Notes under the pieces: generated by a model
What the model was told of the DNA's origin: nothing
The model's database searches: none
What the model saw: the letters and a program-made list of their open reading frames with translations, nothing else
Program-made: the position numbers and the translations under genes
Source: Lepidodermella squamata
Taxonomy: Eukaryota > Animalia > Gastrotricha
DNA: 64,000 bases
Assembly (NCBI GenBank): GCA_047495785.1
Contig: JBLDXI010000024.1
Span: 2,170,001-2,234,000, forward strand
Reading direction: 5' to 3'
In this document: one piece after another, positions 36,101 through 48,000 of the stretch
Layout of the letters: each line of letters starts with the position of its first letter
How positions within the stretch are numbered: position 1 is the first letter of the stretch

Positions 36101-37831
36101 GGTGTATTTCAAAGACTCATTTTCCGCTATCTCTTGAAGAGATAATGATTTCGATTCGTTATCGAGAACCGCAATCAAAACGGATGTAGTCGATTTATCG
36201 CCAGGTTCATAGGCCATCAGACAATCTCGAATATTCCAAACCGCGATTCGCTTGATCTCGCTGGCCGAAACTCGAACAAGAAGGGTATAAGGAAGCTTGT
36301 TGCTTCCTATGGCTACAATGAACAGTTTCCCATTCCACATCGGGTAGCATGAACGAACGAAACAAGTTCTCAGAATTTCAGTAATATCGTGAGAGACAGC
36401 AGGCTTTGGAGGCAGCAAGTCTCGCAAAATCTCCGGCGTGATTTGAACCGACCATGTTGAAGGGGCGAACGTAATAGCGTCGTACTCGCCTTCGTTTTTC
36501 TGAACAGCATTCACCATGCAAGGTATCAATTTGAGGGCTGTAGAACTGGTCCGTTTGGTCTGTGATGTATTGAAAATGACAGAGCATGCGTTTGAAAACG
36601 TGCTGATGGGCCGCGTTAATTCGCGACCTCTTCGATAAACAAGCTCCTCGAGGTTTTCTGCGCGAAGAATTTCCTCGATATCACGAAGCGCCTCATGGAC
36701 CTGTCCATACATGTTACGAGCGAAGAAATTCGCTATTTCGTCACTGAAATCCTTCGTAATAACACGGTAGTCGAAATTAAAGCGGTCTGTGCTGAAACTG
36801 TAGCTGTCAACAATTTTATAGGCCAGCTGTTCGGTCAAGAAGTCGACAAAGGCTGGGTAGTTCTTCTTCATGGTACCGTGCTTGTGCAAAAATGCATAAG
36901 GTCGATCGGCAAAATTGAGCCAAGTTGACTTTTTTTGCCGCAATGTATCCTCAATTCGAGGCAGCCATGATCCAAGCTCAAGAGAAAAAGATTTCCCGAC
37001 TTCGGCAAGGTCCTTGGCATATCGTTTATGCTCAACTGTGACTTTGTTAGCTATAGCATCGGTGGCTAAGTCACTGCCTAATCTTCGGACTTCAGAAGTT
37101 ACCGTAGGTGGGCTGTGATTCATCAGCCGGAGGAGTGAATATTTAAGGTCATGAACTTTCATGCCAATATCTTCTTTAGCCGGGCCTTTCGAGTCATCTA
37201 GGTCGGTGTAGAGAACATATCGGCTACCATTGTCGTTTAGCAAGAGCCCTCGTAGTGCGTGGTCTCCTAAATCCCGCGTCAGAAGCTCTGTCGAAGTGCT
37301 TACATTGATGACTTTAATCTCGTTGTTTTTGTGCTCTTCCAACCTGAACCTCGCCCTACCAACTACACTCGTGTCGACGAACGGATTTTTCGGCCCAGGG
37401 TAGAACTGGGAAATCCCTTCCGAGCCAAGGCAAAGAAAGATCGTCGGGGAAATATCTTCCAAGTAACGAAACAAGGTTACCAGAATGTTTTCCTTGTTGA
37501 AACTATCTTGCTTCAAGAATGACTCCTCAGCAACCAGAAGAAAGAGGATGTTATTATCTTTGACAGCGGCAAACAACTTTTTGTCAACATTATTGCCCGG
37601 AGGCAGGTCAAACTCAGGCTCAGCCAAGAGTTGCCTCGCCGTCGCAATCGCTTGATCACGCTGACCGAAACACGCTGCAACACTGCTGTTGTTGTTCATG
37701 GTAATCTGCAGATTTAGTTGATGCAAATCACGCAGATTGACGGCGACCTGCTCGATTGAAGCCATCTCAGCTGCGCCAGCTACTTCGCCGTAGAAAGGCG
37801 TATACAAGCGGCAGCGAGATGATGATGCCAT
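30165..37831 (-). CDS. Giant (2535 aa) GB1/RHD3/VLIG-type GTPase + coiled coil + Cys/His-rich zinc-binding repeats + C-terminal VWA domain; copy 1 (exons 37831-32802, 32742-30165)
   Basis: G1 GRQSSGKS, G2 RCTDGIW, G3 DCEG, and GBP-type G4 VRD. A long heptad region is followed by many C-x3-C-x2-C...H..C repeats and a VWA domain with DATGSM and GGGDGAEAV. A 59-bp phase-2 intron (AA|GTAAGT...TTAAAG|A) joins the two long ORFs in frame. Confidence 0.9.
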
Positions 37832-37876
37832 GAGTAAGCAAAAATTAGGTAAATACCTAAATGTAAAAGGAAACTT

Positions 37877-40830
37877 TTATAAAGTATAATCGAATATTCG
37901 TCGTCTTTTTAGCTGCTCATCCTCTGATTCAACTATCTGGGAGATGTCACTATTAGCAAAGCAAGCATTTAAAGCAAAGTTTTCTTGTGTCTTGCTGAGC
38001 ATGTTTCCACGATATAGTTGGATAATACCAATGTTCCTTTGGCTCTGAGAGCGGGTTCTGAATATCGGCAGTAACCGCATTTTTGTCCAATTTTCTCGCC
38101 ATGTCATTGAAGCCTCTATTGACAGCAATGTGAAGTGCAGTTTTATCTGAAGTTCGGCTATTATTCAATATCTGCACTTTGCACATCGAGTAGCACCAGC
38201 TCAAATCAAATTACTAACGTTCTTCCGCCGAACGGGTCGAGGTAATAGGCGGCGATATAGTGTTCACGGTACTGAAAACCTCACGACAGGCCACAATAAA
38301 TTTGTCGACAGGTACCTTTAACTTGCGACCCATATCGTAAACCAGTCCTTCTAGTCCTTCAGAACGAAGAAGTTCTTGGATGTCACTGTGAGCTACATGG
38401 ACCTGCCCATTCATGTTTTCAGTGAAGAAACTTGCCAGTTGGTCACTCAACATCTTTGCAACTACAATGAATTCGAAATTGAACTGGTCTGAGCTGATGC
38501 TGTAGCTGTTAATCACCGTCAAGGTCAATTCGTCAGCCAATTTGTTGACGATAGCTGGGTATTTATTTCTCATGGCGACTTGCTCGAGGATAAACATATA
38601 AGGCCGATCAAGCCAACAGCCATTAAAGCTTTGCTTTTGACCCCGCAATTTATCATCGATTCGAGGCAGCAAGGTCCCAAGATCCGTGGTAAACTTGACG
38701 CTGACACTTTCCAAATCTCTTGTGTACTTCTTATATGCTCAATGACGATGCCATTTACAAGGGATGCAGCCGATACCGTGATGATGTTGTTGACGTGGGC
38801 AACTATGGCCTCGACAGCAATGGAGCTATGCTTGCTTATCTTCAATAGTGATTCAATCAACGGGTTCACGATGGGGGCCATGTTGATATCAGGTTCCACC
38901 GGCACGATTTCTGCTGCTAAATAATACATACCAATTATTCCATACCATTTTTCGTCATCCTTGCCATTAACAATTAGGTATGGGACGAGAAAAGGAACTA
39001 ATTCATCAAACTCGAAAGATGAGGCTTTGGATAGCATTAGAGAAAAAATGACCAGGTCCAAAGCCTCATCTATGTTGGATGGGTAATGATTGGCTCGATT
39101 TTTTTCGGTAAAATCCCCATTTCAGATGAAACGTTGATAAGGGGTCGTTCATAAAGACTTTTTCCATTTTTTTCGACCCTACCCTACCTCTTGTGTTTCT
39201 TTCGAGCACCCCTTCTTTCTCTTGCTATTTAGATGGAACCCCCTCATCATTACCCTGAGAAACTTGGAAATTATTTTTTGACCTGCTGTGTGCGGCTTGA
39301 GAGTATATAGTCATTACTACAGCTGTTAGCCGCCAGCAGTCATTGCATGAGGACTCCTAGGTGTTTCCTTATTGGGCGCTGGGGAGCTGACAGCACTAAC
39401 TGATTGGTTCTGTATAACTACCAATCCTAGTGCTGACTCACGGGGACTTATTGACGTTCAATTAAACTCGCTCTCTGGTTGGTTGAAAGACACGGGAGCG
39501 GCAATGTTGGCGTGCGCAGACGCGAGGCTATTGGTTGCGTAACAGGATGCTGAGCGTGTGCGCAGCGCGGACTAATGCCACAGCTCAACAGCGCACTAAT
39601 GCTGTTGCAGCTGTGTACTGTGTCGTGCGTCGTGCGACTTGGTGAGTACCGAGTACCCCCTAGAAGCCGTTCTGTCCGAATTTCGAGACCCCACCTCCCA
39701 CCCCCTCCTCCCTCAAGTCTCGGACGTCTTTGGTGAACGATCCCTAATAACAACTGGAATTATCTCTATAGCTCACATTTGCCACGCAATTTAGGTTTCC
39801 TATTTCCTATCCCAATTTGTAGCTAGTGAGCAAAAGAAGCTACCTGGAATGACTGCTGGCGGGACTGGAGACGGTCTAGACTCTAAAACCATCTCCATGT
39901 TTTCCGTGCTGAATTCCAAATGAATGCAAATTTCATGGAACTTTGGTCTGTTTTCAGGTGACTGTTCCAAGCACATCGATATCATTGATGCCAACGCTTT
40001 GCAAAGCTTATTCTTCGGCAACGCACCCTCCTTCCCCTGGGAAATTCTAGGTTATTAATTAGTCGTATTACGTAACCTCAACTTACCGGGTACTCGAAAA
40101 AGGCTAAGCGAAACGCAACCACTCCAAAAGCCCAGACATCAGTCATTTCGGAGGGCCGGCGGCTTCTCTGTAGTTCAGGCGCTTGAAATCTGGCATCAAC
40201 CTGACCCACACTCATCCTAAACACTTCATTGCGAAAATTCGTAGATTAGTGATGAAAAGTGTCTCACAAGTGGAATGGCCTGAGTAAACCGAGTTTCAAT
40301 AGCTTATGAGCTTCATCGCAGAAATAGATAGTATCTGTCGTTATATTCCCGCTTATGAGTTTTTGCGAATGCAAGTATGATGCAGCTGATGCTAGTTGCG
40401 TTAGAAGTGACATTACTTCATCCACTGTCAGAGGCTCCTTGCTCTCTGCCTTCCTTACAACGTGCTGTTCGAGAGTCCCAAACGGGCAGAATTCACTTAT
40501 TAAGTGGTACTCTTCCGACATGGTTAATACTGAATTGAGTTTGACGATATGCTGATGCTCGAGGGTGGTGAGTATTTTTGAAGCCTGAAAAATTGCGAGT
40601 TACGAAATTAAATATTTCAAAACAAAAGCCTTTACGTCACTTAGCGCATCTTGAACGGATTTTTTTACTTGACTGCCGAGTTTTCGGCCGATTTTAGCGA
40701 TAGATATCGTTTTGAGAACCACATAACTTTCCGATTCGCCTTTTTGCTTAAGCAGGATTGTTGCGTTGACATCGCCCTGCTTTTTGAGTTCTCGAGCTGC
40801 TTCCAAACTATCAAAAGGAGCTGGCAGCAT
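37877..40830 (-). pseudogene. Disrupted pseudokinase + GTPase-N-like helical domain + ankyrin-fragment gene
   Basis: Kinase subdomains VVLKTI, HQHIVKL, LISEFCPFGTL, FQAPE, TDVWAFGV and CLEQSPENRPKF are present, but HRD is replaced by SGN and there is no DFG. The gene is interrupted by a MITE (39141-39744), a TGA (39122-39124) and a 2-nt frameshift (~38733). Ankyrin remnant DKTALHIAVNRGF. Confidence 0.75.
39141..39744. mobile_element. PIF/Harbinger-like MITE
   Basis: TIRs GGGGTCGTTCATAAAGAC / GTCTTTGGTGAACGATCCC with a TAA target-site duplication at 39138-39140 and 39745-39747. Confidence 0.8.
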
Positions 40831-41437
40831 TTTTAAATTACAATAAACGCCTTTCTATGCTACGTTTATCGCCAACGAAAATGATAACTTGACCGCTGCA
40901 TGGGTATCAGCTGAGGATCGGCATTTCCATGGTAATTCAAGCCTACGCACCGCTCGTTTTTGCGGCAAAGTACGTAGATATTAATGTCTCCAACAAGACT
41001 TATCTCATGATGATTACTCTTACGCTTTGTATTTTAATCCTCGATGCCAGAGATAAGGTCGAGTCAAAAAAATGAAAAAGTGCTAATTTCAGATGGATTG
41101 TTCGCAACGTACCTCATGACAACCAGATAAGCCGCTTGAGTCCTTTTTGAAGATATATATCACTTTTCGTCTACCCTGTTTTCACGCAACACAATCATTA
41201 TCATCGTACGATTAGAAATTTCACAGTTATCAAGGAACCGAACGTCGTTTATCGCAGCGTTGCTAGGAATAGCACAGGATGTCGTGCAATTTTAATCACA
41301 TAGGTATCATATGAGGAAATTATTTCATGGTAATTTAAGCGCAAGGTGCGATCTTGGATCCCAGGGCTGCGCCAGGGATGCACTCTAACCATGACACTGT
41401 TTTCGCCTATATTAAACCTCGTCTGTAACCCGTCTCC

Positions 41438-41534
41438 TTTTCGCACGAGACCCGTTACGTAAGGCGAGACTAACTAAACCGGTAGTCTCGGCTTTCTACC
41501 CGGCGTCCTGCCTTACGTAACGGTTGTGCGAAAA
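41438..41534. repeat. Short inverted repeat / small MITE-like hairpin
   Basis: TTTTCGCAC..CCGTTACGTAAGGC ... GCCTTACGTAACGG..GTGCGAAAA. Confidence 0.5.
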
Positions 41535-42278
41535 TGACACGAGTTTGCCCCGGCCAGTCCCGGTTCTGGCCCGGTTTACACCCCGATTTCTGTATCCTTT
41601 CATCCTTTTTATCTTTTCATTATTTCAAACTTGGCATTCACCAATAAGTGGCCGCAGCCAATAAGTGCAAGCCTTTAGTTCGAGAGTTTAGAGAGCAAGT
41701 AGAAACAGCCGGGAACAAGCGAGAATACGCGGTGAGAAAAACTGCTGGATGGGAGAGCTATCCCAGGCCGATTGAAACCAAAATTGTTAAAATATCTCTT
41801 ATAGAACACAAATAAATTAGCATTGCACATTTTAAAGGGTCAAGCTATTCGTACATAGTTTTTCGCGATTTTTTGAGTTATTCAAACGGACGATGATAAC
41901 ATGGAATTTCACAGGGAGATGCAGCAAAGTGAGTATCTAGTGGTAAAATTCTGTCAGATTATCTTGCAAAGTATTCATGCTAGGGTCGTGAAAAACAATT
42001 CAAATAATGCCATTTTGTGACTCTACCACAGGGTGGCCAATGATGATTTTTTGAGGGGAGATAGGCCTGATGGTCAGCTATCAGCGCACAAAAAATTAGA
42101 TTGATGGGATGAAAATTGAGCGAGTCATTCACCTTAGCAAAAAGCATATCGAAACTATGTACGAATAGCAATTTCTGCGTACATACTGTAAACGAATAGA
42201 CGTTCCGTTTATTAAAAGCGATTTGTGGAGAACGATTATAAATTATAAAGACGTGTGGGCCCTCTCGCGGCCATTATC

Positions 42279-43184
42279 GGACGATACTTCTTTCCGCAGC
42301 AATTTTTTTCTTTTCGCAGCAAATTTGTTCTTTCCGCAGCAATTTATTTTTCTCGTAGTATCGCTTTATTTTCGCAGCAAATGAACGTTTTTTCCGCAGC
42401 AGTTTATTTTTATTTGCTAAAATGAGAAAAGAACGGGGAATATAAATATTAGTAAACGAAAATGAAAATCTAGGACGGCTTAGAGCCTTGAAATATCCTC
42501 ATACCATAATATACCAATTCGTTCAAAGTCCCCGATTTTAAGACCCAGCATCTAACCCTAACCTAACCCTAACCCTAACCCTAACCAGTTGAATAACCGA
42601 CTAAACTGGTTAGGTATTGAATTAAATGAAATTTCGTACCGCATTAAGATTTGCCCAACGAGAAACATTGTGGGGCTATTTCTTAAAGGTTTTTGGGGCA
42701 TTTCTTCACGGGATACATGTACATGTACGGAGACATACGGGATACATATACGGGGTACATGTGGTAAGATACATTTGACCCTCGAGCCTTCGCTGCCTCC
42801 CGTAGGAAGAGCTTACAATTGTTGATGGAGGCGGCATAAATATATCATATATTTTAGTAATTGATGGCAGTTAGTCAAGTCGCGATGTTTAAAATGTGAA
42901 AAACAATTTGTTAACGACCTTAAGCCGTCGTTCCACTCGCTCAAGTCGCGTCAAATTTTGGGCGCGTGCTCGCTACAGTCACCTGGCGTGATTTTAAATA
43001 TTGAATAGCCTTAATATAGTTCGGTGGCTATATTATTTCAATTAGTTATTCAATTAGCATTTACTGCGGAAAAAACGTTGATTTGCTGCAAAAAGAAAGT
43101 GATACTGCGAGAAAAAAAATTGCTGCGGAAAGAACAAATTTGCTGCGAAAAGAAAAAAATTGCTGCGGATTAAAGTATTTTTCC
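42279..43184. mobile_element. Non-autonomous DNA transposon with ~120-bp modular TIRs and an internal (CTAACC)n tract
   Basis: Left arm of repeated TT(C/T)CGCAGCAA units is mirrored by TTGCTGCG(G/A)AA units on the right. The element is flanked by a CATTATC (or CCATTATC) direct repeat. Confidence 0.8.
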
Positions 43185-43879
43185 CATTATCTGATTAAAT
43201 ACGCAAAATAAGAATAGCTATAGGTACAAGGTTCGGCTTAGTTGAAGGTTGAAATTAGGTTGAACTTAGGTAGAGTTGCGCAATTGAGGGCTGAGAAAGA
43301 GCACCTAAGAATACAAATAATGCATGCTAAAATTGCACTCTAATTAGTCTAAATAATTCCTAAATAATTAACGTAGACTGAGGGCTGAGGGGAGAGTCAC
43401 TGGTTACAGCTGCATCCCGGTTCATGTTCCAGGTTTACCAGGTTTGACTAAACTTGAATGAAAAGGCCGAAAGCCGTTTATAGTTGTTGAGCGCGGGAAA
43501 ATTTGTCATTTCTACTAAAAAATCGAGCGAAGCGAGGAAATTTCGAAGTTTCGAAGTCATTAAAGCATGCTCCAAAATCTCTCAAAATTAACGGAATTAA
43601 CGAAACGGTGCGGGATGAATTCTCATTTTGTTGTCTGACCCGGCCGAGCCGGGGGGATGAAACGGACGGAAGAAGCACAGAAAGACCTTATAACATTTTT
43701 TGTTGCCGTTTAGAGATAAACCAAATTGGCTTTTAGCGCACAACTCGCGCTGGAGCGAGTAGAAACTTTGAGACACCTCAAGTGACCGAGAACTGATCAG
43801 AGTCATGTATAAATAAATAAATAAATAAATAAATAAAGAGTCATGTGTCATGTATGATCAGTTGTTCTGATCAAGTACG

Positions 43880-44370
43880 CGCCTAATTTTCCCAGGTGGT
43901 TTTATTCTCCACCTTCATGGCCACCGCTCAAAGTCGCTCTGCTGTTTATGCCGTTAGACGTGTTTTGCGTTTGTCTCTCCCCGTCGCCACCCCTGACGTC
44001 GTCAGTGTTTTTTCTGAATTCTCGTCTGCCACATGGCCCGCTTCCTGCTCCCATGTGATTCTAGTCATCTGTCTCAGCGTTCCGTCATTCCTCTTCTACC
44101 TCTCTCTGTTCTCAGCCTCGTCGCTGCCCCATAATTTGCCGTGTCTCTCAAGCGCCCTTCTTTGTCATCCCCTTTCTTTTGACAGATAAATTCTCCAATG
44201 TGCCACCTCAAAAGCCTCGCCTGCTCACCCTCCGCTACTCGAACCATTATCTTTTCCTATTGTTATCTTTTTTTATTTTGCCGTTATGATTTGATTGATG
44301 TTGGTTGCCTCCTAATTATTGCGGAGAATATGTGAAGGAAAGTACAAAGGACAAATAAAAAGATTTTCGT
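43880..44370. repeat. Dispersed repeat, copy 1 (similar to 49485-50010); unclassified
   Basis: Shared blocks GCTCAAAGTCGCT, GAATTCTCGTCTGCCACA, GCTCCCATG and ATGTTGGTTGCCTC in the same order. Confidence 0.65.
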
Positions 44371-44614
44371 TTTCGAGTGGTGTTATCAGATAATTTTATA
44401 TCATTTGGCAGCATATCATTTGTAAGCATAGGCGCGCGGTGAATACATAGGCGATAATGTCAGCTTTATCGTACATCGACTAAAATGACAAGGAAAATAA
44501 GCGGAAGAAAGATGTTGCGATGAGGATCGGTGTTCGGTGCTGGGTGTCAATTTTTTCTTTGGCAAAATCTTTGGCATCTTAAGAATTTCTTTCTTCCCCA
44601 ATGTCATCAAACGA

Positions 44615-44938
44615 TCTATCAGTCTTGGTTTACCAGCAAAAATCATAATCATAGAAAATGCGCGATTATAAATTTTGAATTTCGAATTAATTGGTACTTA
44701 TAACAATTCGCAACACTGAACATTTCGAAAAAAGAATTCCTGATTATTTTCGATTTTTTTTCGGGTTATTCTGAGGTGAGGAGTGATTCCTCACCTCAGA
44801 ATAACCCGAAAATAAAACCGGGCACTTTTCGGAAACTGAAGAAGGATATAACTAAGTACCAATTAATTCGAAATTCAAAATTTATAATCGCGCATTTTCT
44901 ATGGTTATGATTTTTGCTGGTAAACCAAGACTGATAGA
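44615..44938. repeat. Nested inverted repeat (fold-back)
   Basis: ~85-bp near-perfect outer arms (44615-44700 / 44853-44938) around an inner ~25-bp palindrome TTTCGGGTTATTCTGAGGTGAGGA-GTGAT-TCCTCACCTCAGAATAACCCGAAA. Confidence 0.85.
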
Positions 44939-45081
44939 CTGATAGCTAGGTATTCAGAATTATTATTAGAATGATGCTATAGTCTCCACTTTTCGAAAAC
45001 TGAAGAAGGATATAATCGATCCCAAGGGTCTATTTTCTTCAATTTTAACCTTTTTGCATTTAGTGTGTAAATAATTGTTTG

Positions 45082-48000
45082 ATGACGCCGGCAGCTCACG
45101 TAATAACGTATTCGACCCTGCTGCTTAGCAACCTAACGGCTTTGCCGCACGATGTGCCGCCGCAATATGTGACTCTCTGCTACTGGTGTGCCCCTAATGT
45201 AACGCACGACTGTTTTTCTCACGATTATGACAAGCTAGCGGAATGCAAGCAAGGCGATGATTACGGGTGTTATGTTTCCAACAACGAGTAAGTTACGCTA
45301 AAAGGCTGTAGCACCGACTAATATATATCGACTAGATCCCCAATTTCCAAATTAATTCCACAAGATACGTTCTCAGCTTGACATCTTCGAAGTTTACCTC
45401 TAATTATTCTCAAATCATGTATTTTCAAGCCAATTAATTCCCGAGAGTCATAACCCGGGCAGCAATATTTGCAAAAATTCGAGTTCACAAATCACGAATT
45501 ACAGTGCGTCTCATTAGTAAAACCGAAGCGATTATCAATCCGATGGGCTTGGGTGTGATAAAACGTAAAAAGCCATTGAATGCTAATCTGCTAATTTTAT
45601 CGTATTATCTTATCTGCTTATCTGCTTATCGTAGATAAAGATTTCCGAAACCCGTTTCTACACCACCTAAGACTGTGCGAATAGTGGCCGAAATCGCCCA
45701 GAGTTGGCTCCCGGTCGAAAAAGTCGGACGAAAGCCCGACCCGACCCAGGCTGGTCGAACCATGGGTCGAACCATAACTAGAAAAACCTGTATATAGGCC
45801 AAGGCTATTGCCGCTCTCAGAAAACGGATTATGAATAATTCTTCAGCGATATAAAATTTCAGTCTCAGACGATTGCTTTTTATTAACTCAACAGTGAAAT
45901 CGTAGCACGCATTACGCTCGCTAGTTAACTGGCGATTAAGAGGGTCAGGGTGTTCAAAGTCCGAGTCAATTTTGTGTCTAAGTTATGGGGCATAAATGTT
46001 GTGCCCACGTAATTATGGCACAGTCATTTCGGCTCCAGTCCTTACACATCTTATACTGTTGGAAAGCCCATAAAAATAGTTTACTACCCAACAGTTTCGC
46101 CAAAGGGTCGAATCCAAATGATGCCATACTGTATTTTAGGCATCAAGCTGAGATCAAGCTGACGACGCTCTCATCTGACTACTACCTACGCGTTTCGGCG
46201 CTTATAATATTTCTCGTCTCAAGCCAAAATACTAGGCTGGGTTTTCTGCATGTTTTTATTTCCCGCTACGTAACGCCTGCGATGGCCGTCTTCATTAGCT
46301 TACCAGTGAAACAACAATAGTTGGTTCATTTTTTCAGATTAGGTACCTAGTCTTTTCGCCGTTAAATGACGTTACAAATGAAATTGTATTATAAGAAATC
46401 AATTTTCTGCGAACAGCATAGAGAACAGACGAGCCGAAAAGTTAGACATCTAGTTTTTCGAGATATTATTTGAGAATTACGGCACCTACATACTTGTATT
46501 TTATCAATTCAAATTAAAGTTGACAAACTATAACGAAAAAATAACGAATTTATTTAGGCACAGGTACGCACGAGGTTGTTGCGATGAATATGACTGCAAG
46601 TCACCGCATCGCCGTTGCTGCCACACAAATGCTTGTAACACGAAGCAATTCGCTGCGGAGAAGCTGGTCGAAATACCTAATTTCACAGTTCAACTAAACA
46701 TCGAAAACGCTAGTAACGCAACGCCATTCGCTGAGGAAGAGCAGGCCGAAATACTGATTTTCAGATTTCAATTTCATATCGTCATGTTCGCCATCGGCTT
46801 TATCGCTGCTGCAACCCTCCTGATTGCAAGGGGCTGTCTGCATAGACGAAAGATAAACACCAAGCTCGCATTCATTTTCCGCCTTCTAGCCTCTACTTGG
46901 GGAGTAACTTTCGTCGTTCCCTACATCGCATATGCATTATTTGACACCCACACCTTTTTCTCACATTTCGCCATAAAGCTGACAACGAAGGCTGGATGGA
47001 AAATCATAATTGTCAAAGTCATCAGGGCTTTAGCTCAGCTGTACTGTCTGTCGTCAGTAACAATCTTACATCCAGTTTGGGAATATATCATCATCGGGAA
47101 AAGAGAAAGCAGTTTCACCTTACTTGATTTTTTCATCGCATTCAACGAGGCGTTCTTGGTCTGCTTCATGTGTTACTCTCTGTTTGATATAATTCGGAAA
47201 TTCATTGACGCGAAGCGTGTATACGCCACGGACGGTCTCCCTGAATCTTCCCTACTACTCGATCAAACTTGCAACGTGGATATGCAACAGCGTGTCAATG
47301 GATATGGATATTCGAACGTAAGTGAGAAAATTGCGATTCACATTGAATGTAAGATTTATCAAAGCTCGAAATCAAATATTGACCAATGTCAACGTTTATC
47401 ACCTTTAACACTTAACAACGCGTTTAACAACGATTAATATTTTTCATAGTATGGATTGAGTGCTATTGATCCAGACCCTCGTGACGTTCAGGTATTGTTT
47501 AAATTGAGCTCCTCAGTGATGCATGGTGAAAAACAAATGCAATTCATAGGAGCTTATCAACTGCGTGGTGGCGAAGAAAGATCTGTCTAAATTGGTACAG
47601 CTGTTGTCTAAAAAAGAACTCGGGTTGAGCGCAAACTGCAGGGACAAGGATGGCAATACCCTACTGTACCTTGCCGCGAGCAAAGGCTTCAACGACGTCG
47701 TAGAAAAACTACTTGCTTGCCAGTTGGATATAGATGTTAACGCTCGGAACGAGTATGGCGAAACTCCTTTGTACATCGCCTCTCGATTTGGCTACACCAA
47801 GCTAGTGCAAACGCTGGTTCACTCCGGCGCAAATGTTAACACTGCCGATAGAAATGGCTGGACTCCATTATTTATAGCCGCCCAGAACGGCTTCGACGAC
47901 ACTGTGAAGACATTGGTTAGTGAATGTCGGGCAGACGTTGACGCTGCCAACAATGATGGCGAAACTCCCTTGATGACAGCAGCGCTTTATGGCCATCCCA

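Noticed and set aside
30472-37522. Many plus-strand ORFs overlapping the giant GTPase genes (likewise in copies 2 and 3)
   Set aside because: They are antisense shadows of long coding sequence, with no independent motifs.
39122-39124. In-frame TGA as selenocysteine or readthrough in the kinase gene
   Set aside because: The same gene also has a MITE insertion and frameshifts, so ordinary pseudogenisation is the simpler explanation.
42552-42586. (CTAACC)n as a telomere or chromosome-fusion scar
   Set aside because: Only ~35 bp, imperfect, and internal to a TIR element.
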